Assembly (NCBI RefSeq): GCF_963921235.1
Contig: NC_086107.1
Coordinates: 99,510,001-99,574,000, forward strand
DNA from: Mobula hypostoma
Lineage: Eukaryota
Length of the DNA: 64,000 bases
Reading direction: 5' to 3'
Position numbers and translations under genes: made by a program. Within the stretch, counting starts at the first letter, position 1, and every line of letters starts with the position of its first letter. Shown in pieces: positions 1 through 11,806 of this stretch. The notes under the pieces were generated by a model that did no database searches, was not told the DNA's origin, and saw nothing but the letters and a program-made list of their open reading frames with translations.

Positions 1-829
1 AGCTTACAATTGGTGTACTGTAAAATGTTGTACTAATCGCTACACTACCGTACTGCCCCGAAGGAAATTAAGCTAAACCTTTATAAGTTACTAATATGAC
101 CACGGGTGGAGTATTCTGCCACAGCACTTTCAGCGGGCTGGCAATCTAGAGGAGGGTGCAGAAGAAATTTTCTAGAATGATAATGGAATGAATGACGTTC
201 TATGAAAGAATTGGTGAAGGTTGAAAGGCTTAATGTAGGTGACTAAACAGAAACAAAAATGGTAAATGGGAGGAAACTGTTTCTAGTGACAGAATGATCA
301 GAATCGGGTTTAATATCACCAGCATATGTCATGAAATTTGTTGTTATGTGGCAGCAGTACATTGCAGTACATAAATAAAAACTGAATTATAGTGAATGAG
401 TAAGGTAATGTTAATGGTTTGAATGTCCATTCAGAAATCTGATGGCAGATGGGAAGAAGCTATTCTTGAATCATTGAGTGTGTGTCTTCAGGCTTCTGTA
501 CCTCCTCCCTGATGGTAGCAATGAGAAGAGGGCATGTCCTGGGTGATGGGGGTCATCATAAATTCCAGATGAATTATGTTAATATTTTCTGCTTTGCAAG
601 TTATTATATCCGGAGTGAACCATTCAAAAGGGGAGTGAAAGGGTACATAAAAGTAATTTCCAAAAGTAAATTGTAATAAGAAAGTGGGGCTAATCAGATT
701 ATTCTTTCAAAGATCCATCATCCTTCATTGGTACATTGGGCAGAATGACCTCCTATGCTCCGATAGTCTGTGATTCTATAAAGTATTCAAACACAGTAAC
801 ATAACTTAGATGATTAGTCCAGGAAGTTT

Positions 830-1290
830 TCTGGTGGGCTGCCAGAGACTAGTAGTATACCACAGGGGTCGATGTTGGGTTCGCTACTTTTCATGTTGTA
901 TGCTAATTATATGAATGACAGAACTTATGACTTTGTGGCCAAGTTTGTAGACAATAGAAATATTGATGGAGGGCCAAGCAGTACAGAGGAAGCACTGAGT
1001 CTGCAGAAAGTCTTGGACAGATTAAGAGAATAAAACCAGAGAGCACAGCTTCATACTAGAAGGAAGTTCTTTTAGGGTGGTGAATCTGTGAAATTCATTG
1101 CCACAGACTGCTCTGGAGGCCATGTCAATGAGTATATATTTAAACCGGAGATTAATGGGTGATTGATTAATAAAGACATCAAAGGTTACAGGGAGAAGGG
1201 GTTTGAGAGGAAAATAAATCAGCCATGAGCAAATGGAGTAGCTTTGCTGGGCTGATGGCTGAATAGCCTAATTCTGCTCCAATGTGTTCT
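830..1290 (+). mobile_element. Degenerate CR1 LINE fragment
   Basis: PQGSMLG-like coding sequence and CR1 3' UTR (gaatagcctaattctgctcc). Confidence 0.65.
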
Positions 1291-1576
1291 GCTTGAACGT
1301 AGCCACAACACTAATGTATTCCAGATTAGTTTCCCTAATCATGATACTAATATGAACTTGATTACCAGACTACCATACCATAATGGCATCCTAAATGCAG
1401 ATACATTGTGTACACTTCAGCTGTCAGATGAAGATTTATGAATATAATGGTTTAAGGTGTCTGCCATGTGGTCAGACTTTCTGATCAAAACACTTCCATG
1501 TGGTAGATCCTGGGTATAACAAATGGCACCTTCACAATCTCAACACATTGCAAACCCTTTACAGCTAACAGCCTTC

Positions 1577-1878
1577 TGTACCTAATAAAGTGGCCACTCA
1601 GTAAATGTATGTAGTCTTCAGATGCTGTAGCCCATCCACTTCAAGGTTCAATGTGTTGTGCATTCAGAGATGTTCTTCTGGACACAACTGTTGTAACACA
1701 TGGTTATCCACGGTCAAAATCACCGAAATCATTTGAGTCACATTTCTTCCCCATTCTTATGTTTGGCCTGAACAACAGCTGAACCTCTTGACCATGTTTT
1801 TGTGCAGTGAGTTGCAGCCACATGATCTGCTGATTAGATATGAGCAGATGTACACTCAGTGGCCACTTTATTAGGCAC
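1577..1878. mobile_element. Tc1/mariner-derived non-autonomous element
   Basis: Inverted TIR-type motifs GTACCTAATAAAGTGGCCACTCAGT and CACTCAGTGGCCACTTTATTAGG. Confidence 0.65.
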
Positions 1879-2771
1879 GTCAACGAAGGCAGTTGAGAGA
1901 AATTGGTCAGGGTTTTGTGCTCCAATTTTGGAGTAAGACTTTATCCTCCCATTACAAAGCTGAGTTAATGTTCACCCAACCACTCATGACTGGCACTTAG
2001 CTCTCCACTTTTTAGGTTGTGCAGCTCTGCCCATGACCTAGTCTTCCGGCTTTGTGTTGCTGCTACTCAGATGCTGTCTCCATTTTAGCAGCTGGGGAAG
2101 GTTTTCCTCAGTAACAGTCTGTTCTAATGCTGAGCTGGGCCTGCTGGCTATATGTGGGCTCTTGCAAGGGCATTTGGAAGTGGGACAAAGAAAGGCAGTA
2201 GCTAACACTAGATTGTTTAAAATAGGACATTTCCTTTGCTGTTTTCCAGTCTAAAACATAGTAAGCATCACATCACTGAATACTGTGTAATATTTTTCTC
2301 TGCTATTTCAAAATTATTGTGGAGAATCAGGGGAACACAGGACTTCCCTTCCAAACAGATATCTGTGGCTGATTTCCACCAGCCTCCTCTTTGTGTTCTC
2401 CATGGGCAGTTCGTCAATCTCTTCTCACCAGTGGAAGCTTCTCTGCCTGCCTTCTGCACCTTGACGTATCCTATCCCCTCCCTGAGGGACTATCAATCCT
2501 TCCCTTTCTGGCCATCTTGCTAACTTCAGTCTGAACCACCTCCCCTGCCTTTCATTCACCCTGACTTAATCCACACTGTGTACTTTGTCCAATGGTCTGA
2601 TATCCATAATGGTTCCTTCCCTTCAAGCTCTGTTTACTCCTTTTCCATCTTCTCCCCTCCAGACTGCCCATTCGGTCCATCTCAATCCACTCCACCCATT
2701 CTAGGAGTGTCTCTCCTCTGACTGCCCTCTCTGCGGGATGTTAAATTTTAATTGGTAGGTCTGTTCTGCAG

Positions 2772-2861
2772 GTTATTATTGCCACCCCTGGCCGACTACT
2801 GGAAATACTGAAGCAGGAAGCCATCAGCCTGTGTGGACTGCAGATTGTGGTGGTTGATGAG
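2772..2861 (+). CDS. DDX59: DDX59 internal coding exon (VIIATPGRLL...IVVVDE; motif Ib and start of motif II)
   Basis: ctgcag|GTT acceptor and GAG|gtaagt donor; 90 nt; translation VIIATPGRLLEILKQEAISLCGLQIVVVDE matches DDX59; upstream exons lie outside the window. Confidence 0.93.
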
Positions 2862-3257
2862 GTAAGTCTTCTCAGGTCACCACTCTTCAGGGAAAAGTCC
2901 TAGCCTATCTAGTCTCGCCATATAAAAGTGTTCTCCTTTTAGAGATATTTTGGGATTCAGTACCCTTGAGGCTGGATCAAACCAGCTTAGCTGATTGCCT
3001 CTTACCCAACTCTTTCAAGCTGAAATGAGTTGGACTGCTCTCATTCCACGCTAAGCAGTATTGGCCACAAGGTGATAATCTTGAATTGCTACCTACTATT
3101 GTTCTGGGCTTGGGATAGTTTTCCTAAGAATTTATGCTGAGGGAAGTAATATAGCCCATCAAGTCTTCCTCTGCTGTTGGTTAAGATTTTACTGGACATC
3201 TGAATCACTTTCTTGCCCAGTACAAATCTTTGATTCCCCTCAGCACCACATGTCTTT

Positions 3258-3800
3258 CATAGTCATAGTCATACTTTATTGATCCCAGGGGAAATTGGTT
3301 TTCGTTGCAGTTGCACCATAAATAATAAATAGTAATAAAACCATAAATAGTTAAATAGCAATATGTAAATTATGCCAGGAAATAAGTCCAGGACCAGCGT
3401 ATTGGCTCAGAGTGTCTGACCCTCCAAGGGAGGAGTTGTAAAGTTTGATGGCCACAGGCAGGAATGACTTCCTATGACATTCTGTGTTGCATCTCGGTGG
3501 AATGTGTCTCTGGCTGAATGTACTCCTGTGCCTACCCAGTACATTATGTAGTGGATGGGAGACATTGTCCAAGATGGCATGCAACTTGGACAGCATCTTC
3601 TCTTCAGACAACACCGTCAGAGAATCCAGTTCCATCTCCACAACATCACTGGCCTTACGAATGAGTTTGTTGATTCTGTTGGTGTCTGCTACCCTCAGCC
3701 TGCTGCCCCAGCACACAACAGCAAACATGATAACCCTGGCCACCACAGGCTCGTAGAACATCCTCAGCATCGTCCGGCAGATGTTAAAGGACCTGAGACC
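3258..3800 (-). mobile_element. Rex1/Babar-type LINE 3' end
   Basis: ORF 3351..3851 with LRMFY...VVCWG...HPLH...KSFLPVAIKLYN; (GACTAT)n tail. Confidence 0.8.
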
Positions 3801-4097
3801 TTTCGATCTAAATATACTTGGTGAATGAGAATTCACTGCCCTCTGGAGCAAAAGGTCCTTAAACTGGAGTAAAGAGATTCACCTTGGTTTCAGGCCAAAT
3901 TGGCAAGCCACTTATTCCGAGACATCCCCCTTCAGCTGTAGATACTCTAGCCAGACTAAACAGCTTCTTGGCACCTCTCATCATATTGTTTTACTGTGTT
4001 ATTGGAATACTTTGACTCTGCTGGATATGTCCTGTAATTGTTTGATGAAATGGCGCTGAAGATGCTTTACTCCCTACCTCACCTGCCCAAGCAGCGA

Positions 4098-4620
4098 TTA
4101 GGGAACAGCACAGAAAACAGGCTCTTCAGATTGTCCATAACCCTTATCTATACTAACCAACTTTTCTAACTGTGCTGGATCTATTTGACTGTGTTGGCCC
4201 ATATCCCTGTCTTGCCTATCTATGTACCTGTCCAAAAGTCTTTTAAGTGTTGTAATTGTACCCACCTCTACCACTCCCATCTGGCAACTTGTTCCATATA
4301 CCCATCAGCCTCTGTGTGAGGGGAAATCTTGCCCCTCAGATCCCCTTTAAATCTTTGCCCTCTCACTTTAAACCTATACCTAGTTTTGGACTCCCTTACC
4401 ATGGGGAAAAGACCATTCATCTTATTAATACCCTCATGATTTTACAAACCTCTGCCACCTATGCTCAGGGAAAAATCTTAGCCTATCTAGTCTCTCTTTA
4501 TTACTCAAACCATCCACTCCAGGTAACATTCTCATTTATTTTTTGTACCCTTTCCAATTTAATGGCATCCTTTCTGTAGCAGGGTGACCAGAACTGTACA
4601 TAGTATTCTAATAGTCTCCT
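4098..4620 (-). mobile_element. Degenerate CR1 LINE 3' fragment
   Basis: VVEVGTITTLKRLLDRYID motif and CR1 tail. Confidence 0.65.
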
Positions 4621-5635
4621 ATCAGTCAATACCTACCCACTGATAGGCATTGATTTATAGGAGACCATTGTGGGAACAATGTGCGGGAGTAACAACATGA
4701 GAGCAGGTTTCTCAACACAACCAATGCACACCTGATTTATTTTCCATGCAAAGAGATAATACTAATCACACTTGCCTTCCTTTTTTCCTAACCTTTATCC
4801 ACCCCTCCCCATACATGCAGTGTAGTCTCTAATTATAGCATTGTTCTAGTTAACTAATCCTGCCAGTGAAAGACCCCATAGCCCTTGTTAAAGATGCTCC
4901 TGCTCTGTGTTGGATTTCATGCATTTCTTCTTCTTGGGCTGTCCTTTGTGATCAAGGATGATTTGTTCTCACTTTGGTTTTATGGATTCTGAAGTGGCTT
5001 ACCATCCAAGAGAACCACAACCTTGTTGTGGTTTGGAAGCTGACGTACCTCAAAGATTCAGAGAGCTGTTGGCTGGAGACGGGGCTTTATGCTTTGGCTC
5101 TTGGTAGAGTCACACATGCCAACAGGGCAAAGGGTAGAGCCAGACTAAGAGTGGTCCACTGGTCTCTAGGTTCAGGGATTCAGCTCAGGACTAACAACCT
5201 GATTGGTCAGAAAAAAGTTGTTATGGAAACAGCAATGAAGAATCTTTCTCTGTGATCAACGGTATGGACAGACAGAAATAGAGGACCTTCATTGCTGCCC
5301 TAAATGCCAACAGCATAATGGGCAGTAAGTAAGTTAGCCACTTAGATCCCCAACAGTGGTCACTGTAAGAGAGTATCACCTGTTCGTCACATGCACCCCA
5401 ATTTGAAAATATATTGTCATTTTTCATCATCACTAGGTCTAAGTCTTGTAAACTTTCCCCTCTCCTGTAGTACTATGAGGATGGATCCACTGATGGATCG
5501 TAGTAGTTATAGAAAGCAACCCACTGTAACTTTTGGGAAACTGAAGACTGGTCTTGCCAGTCCTGAAAAGAACAATTAATGTGTATGCTGCACAGTTGCT
5601 GGAAATAAAACATAAGTGCATGATCTTTTGTTGAG

Positions 5636-5887
5636 GTGGATACGATGTTGAAGATGGGTTTCCAGCAACAGGTGTTGGATATCTTGGAGCAAACGCCCGA
5701 GGAGCATCAAACAATTCTTGTCTCTGCCACCATCCCAGCAGGCATCCAGCAGCTTGCCAGCCATTTCCTGCAGGATCCCATCAGGATTACAGTTGGAGAA
5801 ATGAACCAGCCTTGTTCTAATGTCCGTCAGATCATCCTGTGGGTGGAGGAGCCTTCTAAGAAGAAAAAGCTATTTGAGATTCTGAAT
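5636..5887 (+). CDS. DDX59: DDX59 internal coding exon ([13 protein letters not shown]...SAT...[10 protein letters not shown])
   Basis: ttgag|GTG acceptor, AAT|gtaagt donor; 252 nt, phase 0; contains motif III SAT; overlaps ORF 5636..5998. Confidence 0.93.
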
Positions 5888-6081
5888 GTAAGTAGACTTG
5901 GAATTTTTTTGTGTGAATTAAAAATAGGAAGTCTCCATTCCAGCCCTACATGTGGGCAAGGAACTATTGGGGAAGTGCTGCGTTCCATTCACATATAAAG
6001 TTTGGTGAGAAATTTGGGGTGTGGAACTGAGCCAAGTTTGGTCTTCAATTTGTGAGGAATTAGCCAGTCTCAGCTAGCAGA

Positions 6082-6202
6082 CACGAGGAATTCTGCAGAT
6101 GCTGGAAGTTCAAGCAACACAAGGGTCTCGGCCCGAAACGTCAACTGTACCTCTTCCTAGAGATGCTACCTGGCCTGCTGCATTCACCAGCAACTTTGAT
6201 GT
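6082..6202. mobile_element. Short two-arm Penelope pLTR insertion
   Basis: Inverted terminal 39 nt plus a sense pLTR piece; TSD GTCTCAGCTAGCAGA at 6067-6081 and 6203-6217. Confidence 0.85.
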
Positions 6203-6485
6203 GTCTCAGCTAGCAGAGGCAGTTTATAGTTATACTTTGTCATCAGCAGGATTCCCTATTTTGAAGAAAGGGGAGAGTGGGGATGAGTGCTTGTCCAGGC
6301 GCTATGTGGTATCCGGGGTGCAATGGCACAGCAGACAGCTGTAGCTCCTCAGCTCCAGCAAAGCCAGTTGTATTCTGCCCTCTGAAGCTGTGATGTGGAG
6401 TTCACATGTTCATCCTGTGACTATATAGGTTCTCCCTCCCCAACAGCCCAGCCCTGTGTCTAGTTTCCTACCACATGCCAAAGAT

Positions 6486-7155
6486 TGGATTAGATTAGAT
6501 TATGAGGACACTCAGTCCTTGTTTATTGTCATTTAGAAATGCATGCATTAAGAAATGATACAACGTTCCTCCAGTATCATATCACAGAAACACAAGACAG
6601 ACCAAGATAAAACTGACAAAAGCCACATAATTATAACATATAGTTACAACAGTGCAAAGCAATACCGTAATTTGATAAAGAGCAGACCATGGGCACGGTA
6701 AAAAAAAAGTCTCAAAGTCCAGATAGCCCCCACATCTCACGCAGACAGTAGAAGGGAGAAACTCTCCCCGGCATGAGCCTCCAGCGCTGCAAACTTGCTG
6801 ATGCAGCACCCTGGAAGCACCCGACCACAGCCGACTCTGAGTCCGTCCGAAAACTTAAAGCCTACGACCAGCCCTCCGACACTAAGCACCATCTCTGCCG
6901 AGCGCTTTCACCCCGCCCCGGCCGCCGCGCAACAAGCAAAGCCGAGGACTTGGGGCCTTCCCCTGCGAAGATTTTGGATCACACAGCGGCAGCGAAACAG
7001 GCATTTCAGAAGTTTCACCAGATGTTCCTCCGTGCTCTCACGTCTGCCTCCATCAAATCAGAATTGTGTACGGTACCCTACTTGACAGATTACAGATATT
7101 CATCACCGGAGTGGCCGCTGCGCACTGCGTCGCGTCGCCATCTTCTCCTCTCCTC
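6486..7155 (-). mobile_element. ~650 bp non-autonomous retroelement with AAGATGGCG head and (AATCT)n tail, nested in an HE1-like SINE
   Basis: Homologous over its full length to 20748-21393; microsatellite tail; CpG-rich. Confidence 0.75.
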
Positions 7156-7422
7156 GATGTAGTTGTTCTGTAGGTTAATTGACTACCATAAATTATCCTT
7201 GGTGTGGATGTGGGTTATGAGAGAATTGGGGGGGGGGTGGAATGATGATACCTGTGAGAGGGAAATAAATAAGGAAAGGGATTGGTGGGATTGCTGTGCA
7301 ACCGTAGGGCCGATGAATCAAACAGCAACCTTCTATGTTGTAAGGAAATATGAATATCTGCCTATTGTCGTAACATTAACAGATAATTTTAACGAGTTTT
7401 TTTGTTTATTGCACTTGTACAG

Positions 7423-7575
7423 GATGGCAAACTGTTTCACCCACCTGTGCTGGTATTTGTGGACTGCAAATTGGGAGCTGATCTCCTGTCCAGTGCCGTG
7501 GAGACCATCACTGGCCTGAAGTCAGTAGCCATTCACTCTGACAAGGCCCAGTGTGATCGGAACCAGATCCTACAG
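7423..7575 (+). CDS. DDX59: DDX59 internal coding exon ([22 protein letters not shown]...NQILQ)
   Basis: tacag|GAT acceptor, CAG|gtaaat donor; 153 nt; motif IV region typical of DDX59. Confidence 0.94.
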
Positions 7576-8379
7576 GTAAATCGAGACTGACATCCGGTGC
7601 ATGATTAGTGTAGTGTTTTACTGAATCTCAATGCCCAGCGTCCACCTTTGCTTGGAATCAGTTCAGCTGATCAGATAAGGGCAGAGTTTGTATTCTCCCC
7701 ATGAGAATTTGTGCCCCTCTGAACTTTCGGAAAAGGGAAGTTTATCCTGAGTTCACTTTCCTGATCACTATTGACATACATTTCCTCTTGGAAACAATAT
7801 CTGATCAGGTCTAAAAGACACCTAGGATTTGTTATTTAGGAAAATGTCTGAACAGCCTGCCTTACTTCCTTGCACAGAAGACTATTTCGCTCCTCAGATA
7901 CATGTCAGCATCCAACAGAGCAATTCATCAGTGCTATTCCCTTTCCTTAATCTCATTCAAATAACCACTAGCTCTCCTTTGGGTTTTTATAATCACTTAT
8001 ACCAAAGGGTATCCATCAGACAGTTCATCTTTTAGCACATCAGTGAGATGTGGGATACCAGCAGAAACACGCACAGACTCGGCAAACGTACAACCTACAT
8101 GCTGACTGCACCAGAGATCAAGATTGAACCCTGACCGTCAGAGCTACGTAACAGCAAAACTGCCCAATACAATTGAGATATTGGAAGAAAAGGAAAGAAA
8201 ATTAAATCTACCTGTATGTTGTGACTTTACTGATAATCGCCAACAAAAATGTGAGCTAAAGGCCAGATGATCAGTGGAGTGACATGGGGAGATTCAGCAA
8301 CTAACTGATGACCATCTAGGGAAATGATCCACTCCACTGAGAGTCAAGAATGGAGAAGAGATTGTCAGGAAGAATGGAG

Positions 8380-9800
8380 AAGAGTTTGTCAGGATAGACC
8401 CTGGATATGAAAAGGAGCACTTGAGGAGATTTCCAGATGTACAATTCTGTCTTTGAGACTACTAAAATTATTCAGTACGTCTGGTGCTGCCCCAGTTTAA
8501 CAGACATCTAAAAAAGTTGGAACACCAACTGTGAACTATCAAGCCCGGTAAAGCAGATGAGATCCCAGCTGAAGTTCTAAAGCACAGCAGGGAAGTACTG
8601 GCAAAAATTCATGACTTGGTCAGGGAAGAGGGGGACCTGCCAGGGGTTCTCAAAGCCACTTCCATTGTGACTTTCAAGAAAAGAGATGCTTGATTGTTCT
8701 CCACTTGCATCTCCCTGCGGGAAAGACATCACAAGGCTCCCCCTCCCAGTGGCCAAACAATTCATCCCAGCGTCACAGCACAGACTCGGTCCATCAGTGA
8801 CTGCAATGGATGTGGCCCTCACTGAGCAACAAACTGAAGAAAACAGCAGGGAACAGCACCAACTACTGTACCTGGCCTTTCTCAAGAGTTTAACAAGGAG
8901 AGATTGTGGAAAATTTTCTTAACATTTTGCTGTGCTCTAGCATAAAAAGTATAGACCTTAAACTGAGGCAAAGTTCTTACACCAAGCTGCTTCCAATGCA
9001 TAATATTACCTTCCAGCCCTGCAAGATTCACATTGCAAAAATGGGGAGAAATTGATCTTTTCCCATAACTTGGGAACAACTTCTCAGTGAGGACAGGCAT
9101 TGAAGACATAATTAACCATTACCTCTACTGCTTCAGCTCAGTGTTCAGCTGAAAAAAAAAGAAAAAGCATTTAAAGACAAAGACTGTATCCACTACTAAT
9201 CTTGTGTTCTACCAGGCAACATTGATCCCTGCATGAGAAAATCTGCAATGCAGGAAATCCAAAGCAACACACGCAAAACGCTGGAGGAACTCAGCAGGCC
9301 AAGATGATCCCTGTTATCCTATACGATTTGGAAATCTGCATAACCTCTGGATGTCTCTCCTGAATTCTCTAAGTCCATGTTTGACTCCAGGCTCCAATCA
9401 CACACAACCAACTCTGGTAGACAGCCATGTTGTCCTGTGCTGACACCTTATTCTGAAACAAGGGCACTATACAGAGTTCCTCATAATTAGAGATTTCCAT
9501 AAGATATAAAATGGTTTGAGTGTTCTCAAAGACTCGCCGAGAAAATGTAGCTTCCTTATTGACCAGTGGAAATCCCTGGCCCTGTCTAGTCAAAGAACAT
9601 CCAGGAAAGCATCAAGAATCTTGAGTCCCCATGATAGGAGCTCACAGATGTCTTCAGGAAGGAATGTTATAGAGGATATAGATTTGAAAGGAATGTATAA
9701 TCTCTAATCATCAATCCAACTTCTCCAACAGGTTTCACCCACCCAACTAGTGGTTCCTTATTGACCCCATTATCCATCTCAGAATTGTACAATCTTTATA
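8380..9800 (+). mobile_element. Highly degenerate RTE-like LINE remnant (with small Penelope piece at ~9232-9304)
   Basis: G.DEIPAEVLK-like and VFYQA..IP.LLY-like remnants. Confidence 0.45.
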
Positions 9801-10777
9801 ATGAAGCCAAGTCATCCTTAACCTCAAGATTAAGACATCCAAAAGCACAGTACAAATGAAGCTAGATACATGTAGATGCCCACACTGTTTCAATTATGTT
9901 GATTGGCCAAGAAGCTTGTTTTTTTCTCCTTCTCTCTTAAATAGTGGCATTGGATATTTTGTGTTCACCCATTTTATCTGAGGGCAAAAACAAAAAGTAA
10001 ATTTATTTCTACGCCAGCTTCTCATCACTGCAGTAGTGCGGTTGTCCATATTTCTATATTCAATCTTCTGAAGGGAAATTTGAACCCCTCATTTGGAAAG
10101 GAAAGAATAATCCTCTGAGCCATAGCTGGAGAGCTGGCAATCTGAGCCTATACTGCAACTGGAAGATTATCCACTATGTATCATAAACTGAAACAGTAGA
10201 GCTTTAAAGGTATTAAGAATTAGTGGGATACATGTTTGCCATGGCAGAAGGCTTTCTATCAGATTCCACCTATTGTGGTTAAATATTAACACCTTATTCT
10301 TGTATTATAATGTTACATTTGATCCTGGAAAATCATTAATAAAACAGGTAGGTTTTCACTCTAGGCTAACAGTTTCCATCGGTGCTATTTCTAGGCTAGC
10401 TTGCTAATGCTTGCATTTATCATATTTAATTTTGGGATTTTAGTGCAACATAAACTCTGTCTCCAGCGGCATAAACTCCGACTGGGGATTGCACTAAAAA
10501 CTTCAGGGGAAAAAATTTAAATTCATTAGACTTTCTCTTTGCTGCTCAGAAGCTGAGCTGCTACAGGTTTGCTGCTTCCTTCCTTTTCTGCTTTACTCTG
10601 GGCTTGTTTGTGCCTTTTGGCACTTCAGCAAATTTTACCATTCTCAGTGGCGGGTGAATATGGTGTCCTGCATGGGGAAAAAAATTTGGGGTAGAGAGGG
10701 TGCACTTAAATGATTACAAAGGTGAGTTACTGCTCAACAACATTTCTCCAGGACTTGCTGATGTATATCTTTTCCAG

Positions 10778-10906
10778 GGTCTGCTTCAAGGAGACTATGA
10801 AGTTGTAGTCAGCACAGGAGTTCTTGGCAGAGGGCTAGATCTTGTCAACGTCAGACTGGTTGTGAACTTCGACATGCCACGCACCATGGATGAATATGTA
10901 CACCAG
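10778..10906 (+). CDS. DDX59: DDX59 internal coding exon (GLLQGDYEVVVSTGVLGRGLD...DEYVHQ)
   Basis: ttccag|GGT acceptor, CAG|gtaatg donor; 129 nt; motif V (STGVLGRGLD). Confidence 0.95.
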
Positions 10907-11077
10907 GTAATGCTGTTCCACTGTGTGAATTCCTCACTTCCTTTTACTGTGCTCTCTTGTTCCAAACTCTGAAATCTACAACAGTCACAAATTGGCAGGA
11001 GACCATTTAGCCTAACCACCTTGTATGCTGACCTGGATGGATTGATGGGTCTGATTTTCCCCTTTCATGGGTTCAAT

Positions 11078-11291
11078 TAGCCAGCCAGTGGTGTAGTGGC
11101 ATCCACACCAGACTTCGAGGCGAGTGGTTCCAGGTTTGAATCCGGCCAGCTGCTTATATGCTTTCCATCTGTGCTGGAATGAGTGTTCAGCTAGCAACTG
11201 GGCCTCGTAATAAACAGACAAAATGCTATAGAAATGGCAAGATTGCCACCCAATGCACCACAAGGTGTAGAAAGGAACAACAAACAAAACA
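11078..11291 (+). mobile_element. tRNA-derived SINE
   Basis: A box TGGTGTAGTGG, B box GGTTTGAATCC, (CAA)n-like tail, flanking repeat ATGGGTTCA. Confidence 0.72.
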
Positions 11292-11806
11292 ATGGGTTCA
11301 CCTGACACAATATTTTCAATGGGATCAATTTTTTTTTCCGATTTTGTTAGGTAAAAGAGTTAAGCACGTGCACAGAGGTCTAATTGATCTATAGTATTTC
11401 TGTGCTGTACTTTCTTCTTGATTTTTGTTGCCCGTTACATCAAAGTTCAATGACATGAAGACTTTTAATTATCTCTTCCACTTTCTTCTCTATCTCTGTA
11501 CATAGCCTGTATATGTGCAGATCCTAACTACAAAGGAGAACTGTCACACTTTCTTCCATTCCCTCTAAGACCTACCTCTGGTATGATCTTCCACACCCTC
11601 TCCTTTGACATGCTATAGAATGGTGCTCAGAGCTGGATAGAATATTTCAGCTGAGTTCAGTCTAGTGATTGATTGAAGAATCAGTATTACTATGGATCTA
11701 TTTATAAAAATCACAATCTCATAGAATATAAAACAGAATAGCACAAGAACAGTTTCTTCAGCCCACAATGTTGTGCAGAACCAATTATCAAATGGCCATC
11801 TAAACT

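Noticed and set aside
5888-5998. ORF extensions beyond DDX59/LUC7L2 exon boundaries
   Set aside because: Homology stops at canonical GT/AG sites; the extensions are intronic.
11080-11150. Possible tRNA genes (A/B boxes here, at ~28620-28680 and at 1-60)
   Set aside because: No convincing cloverleaf; they continue into SINE bodies and tails.
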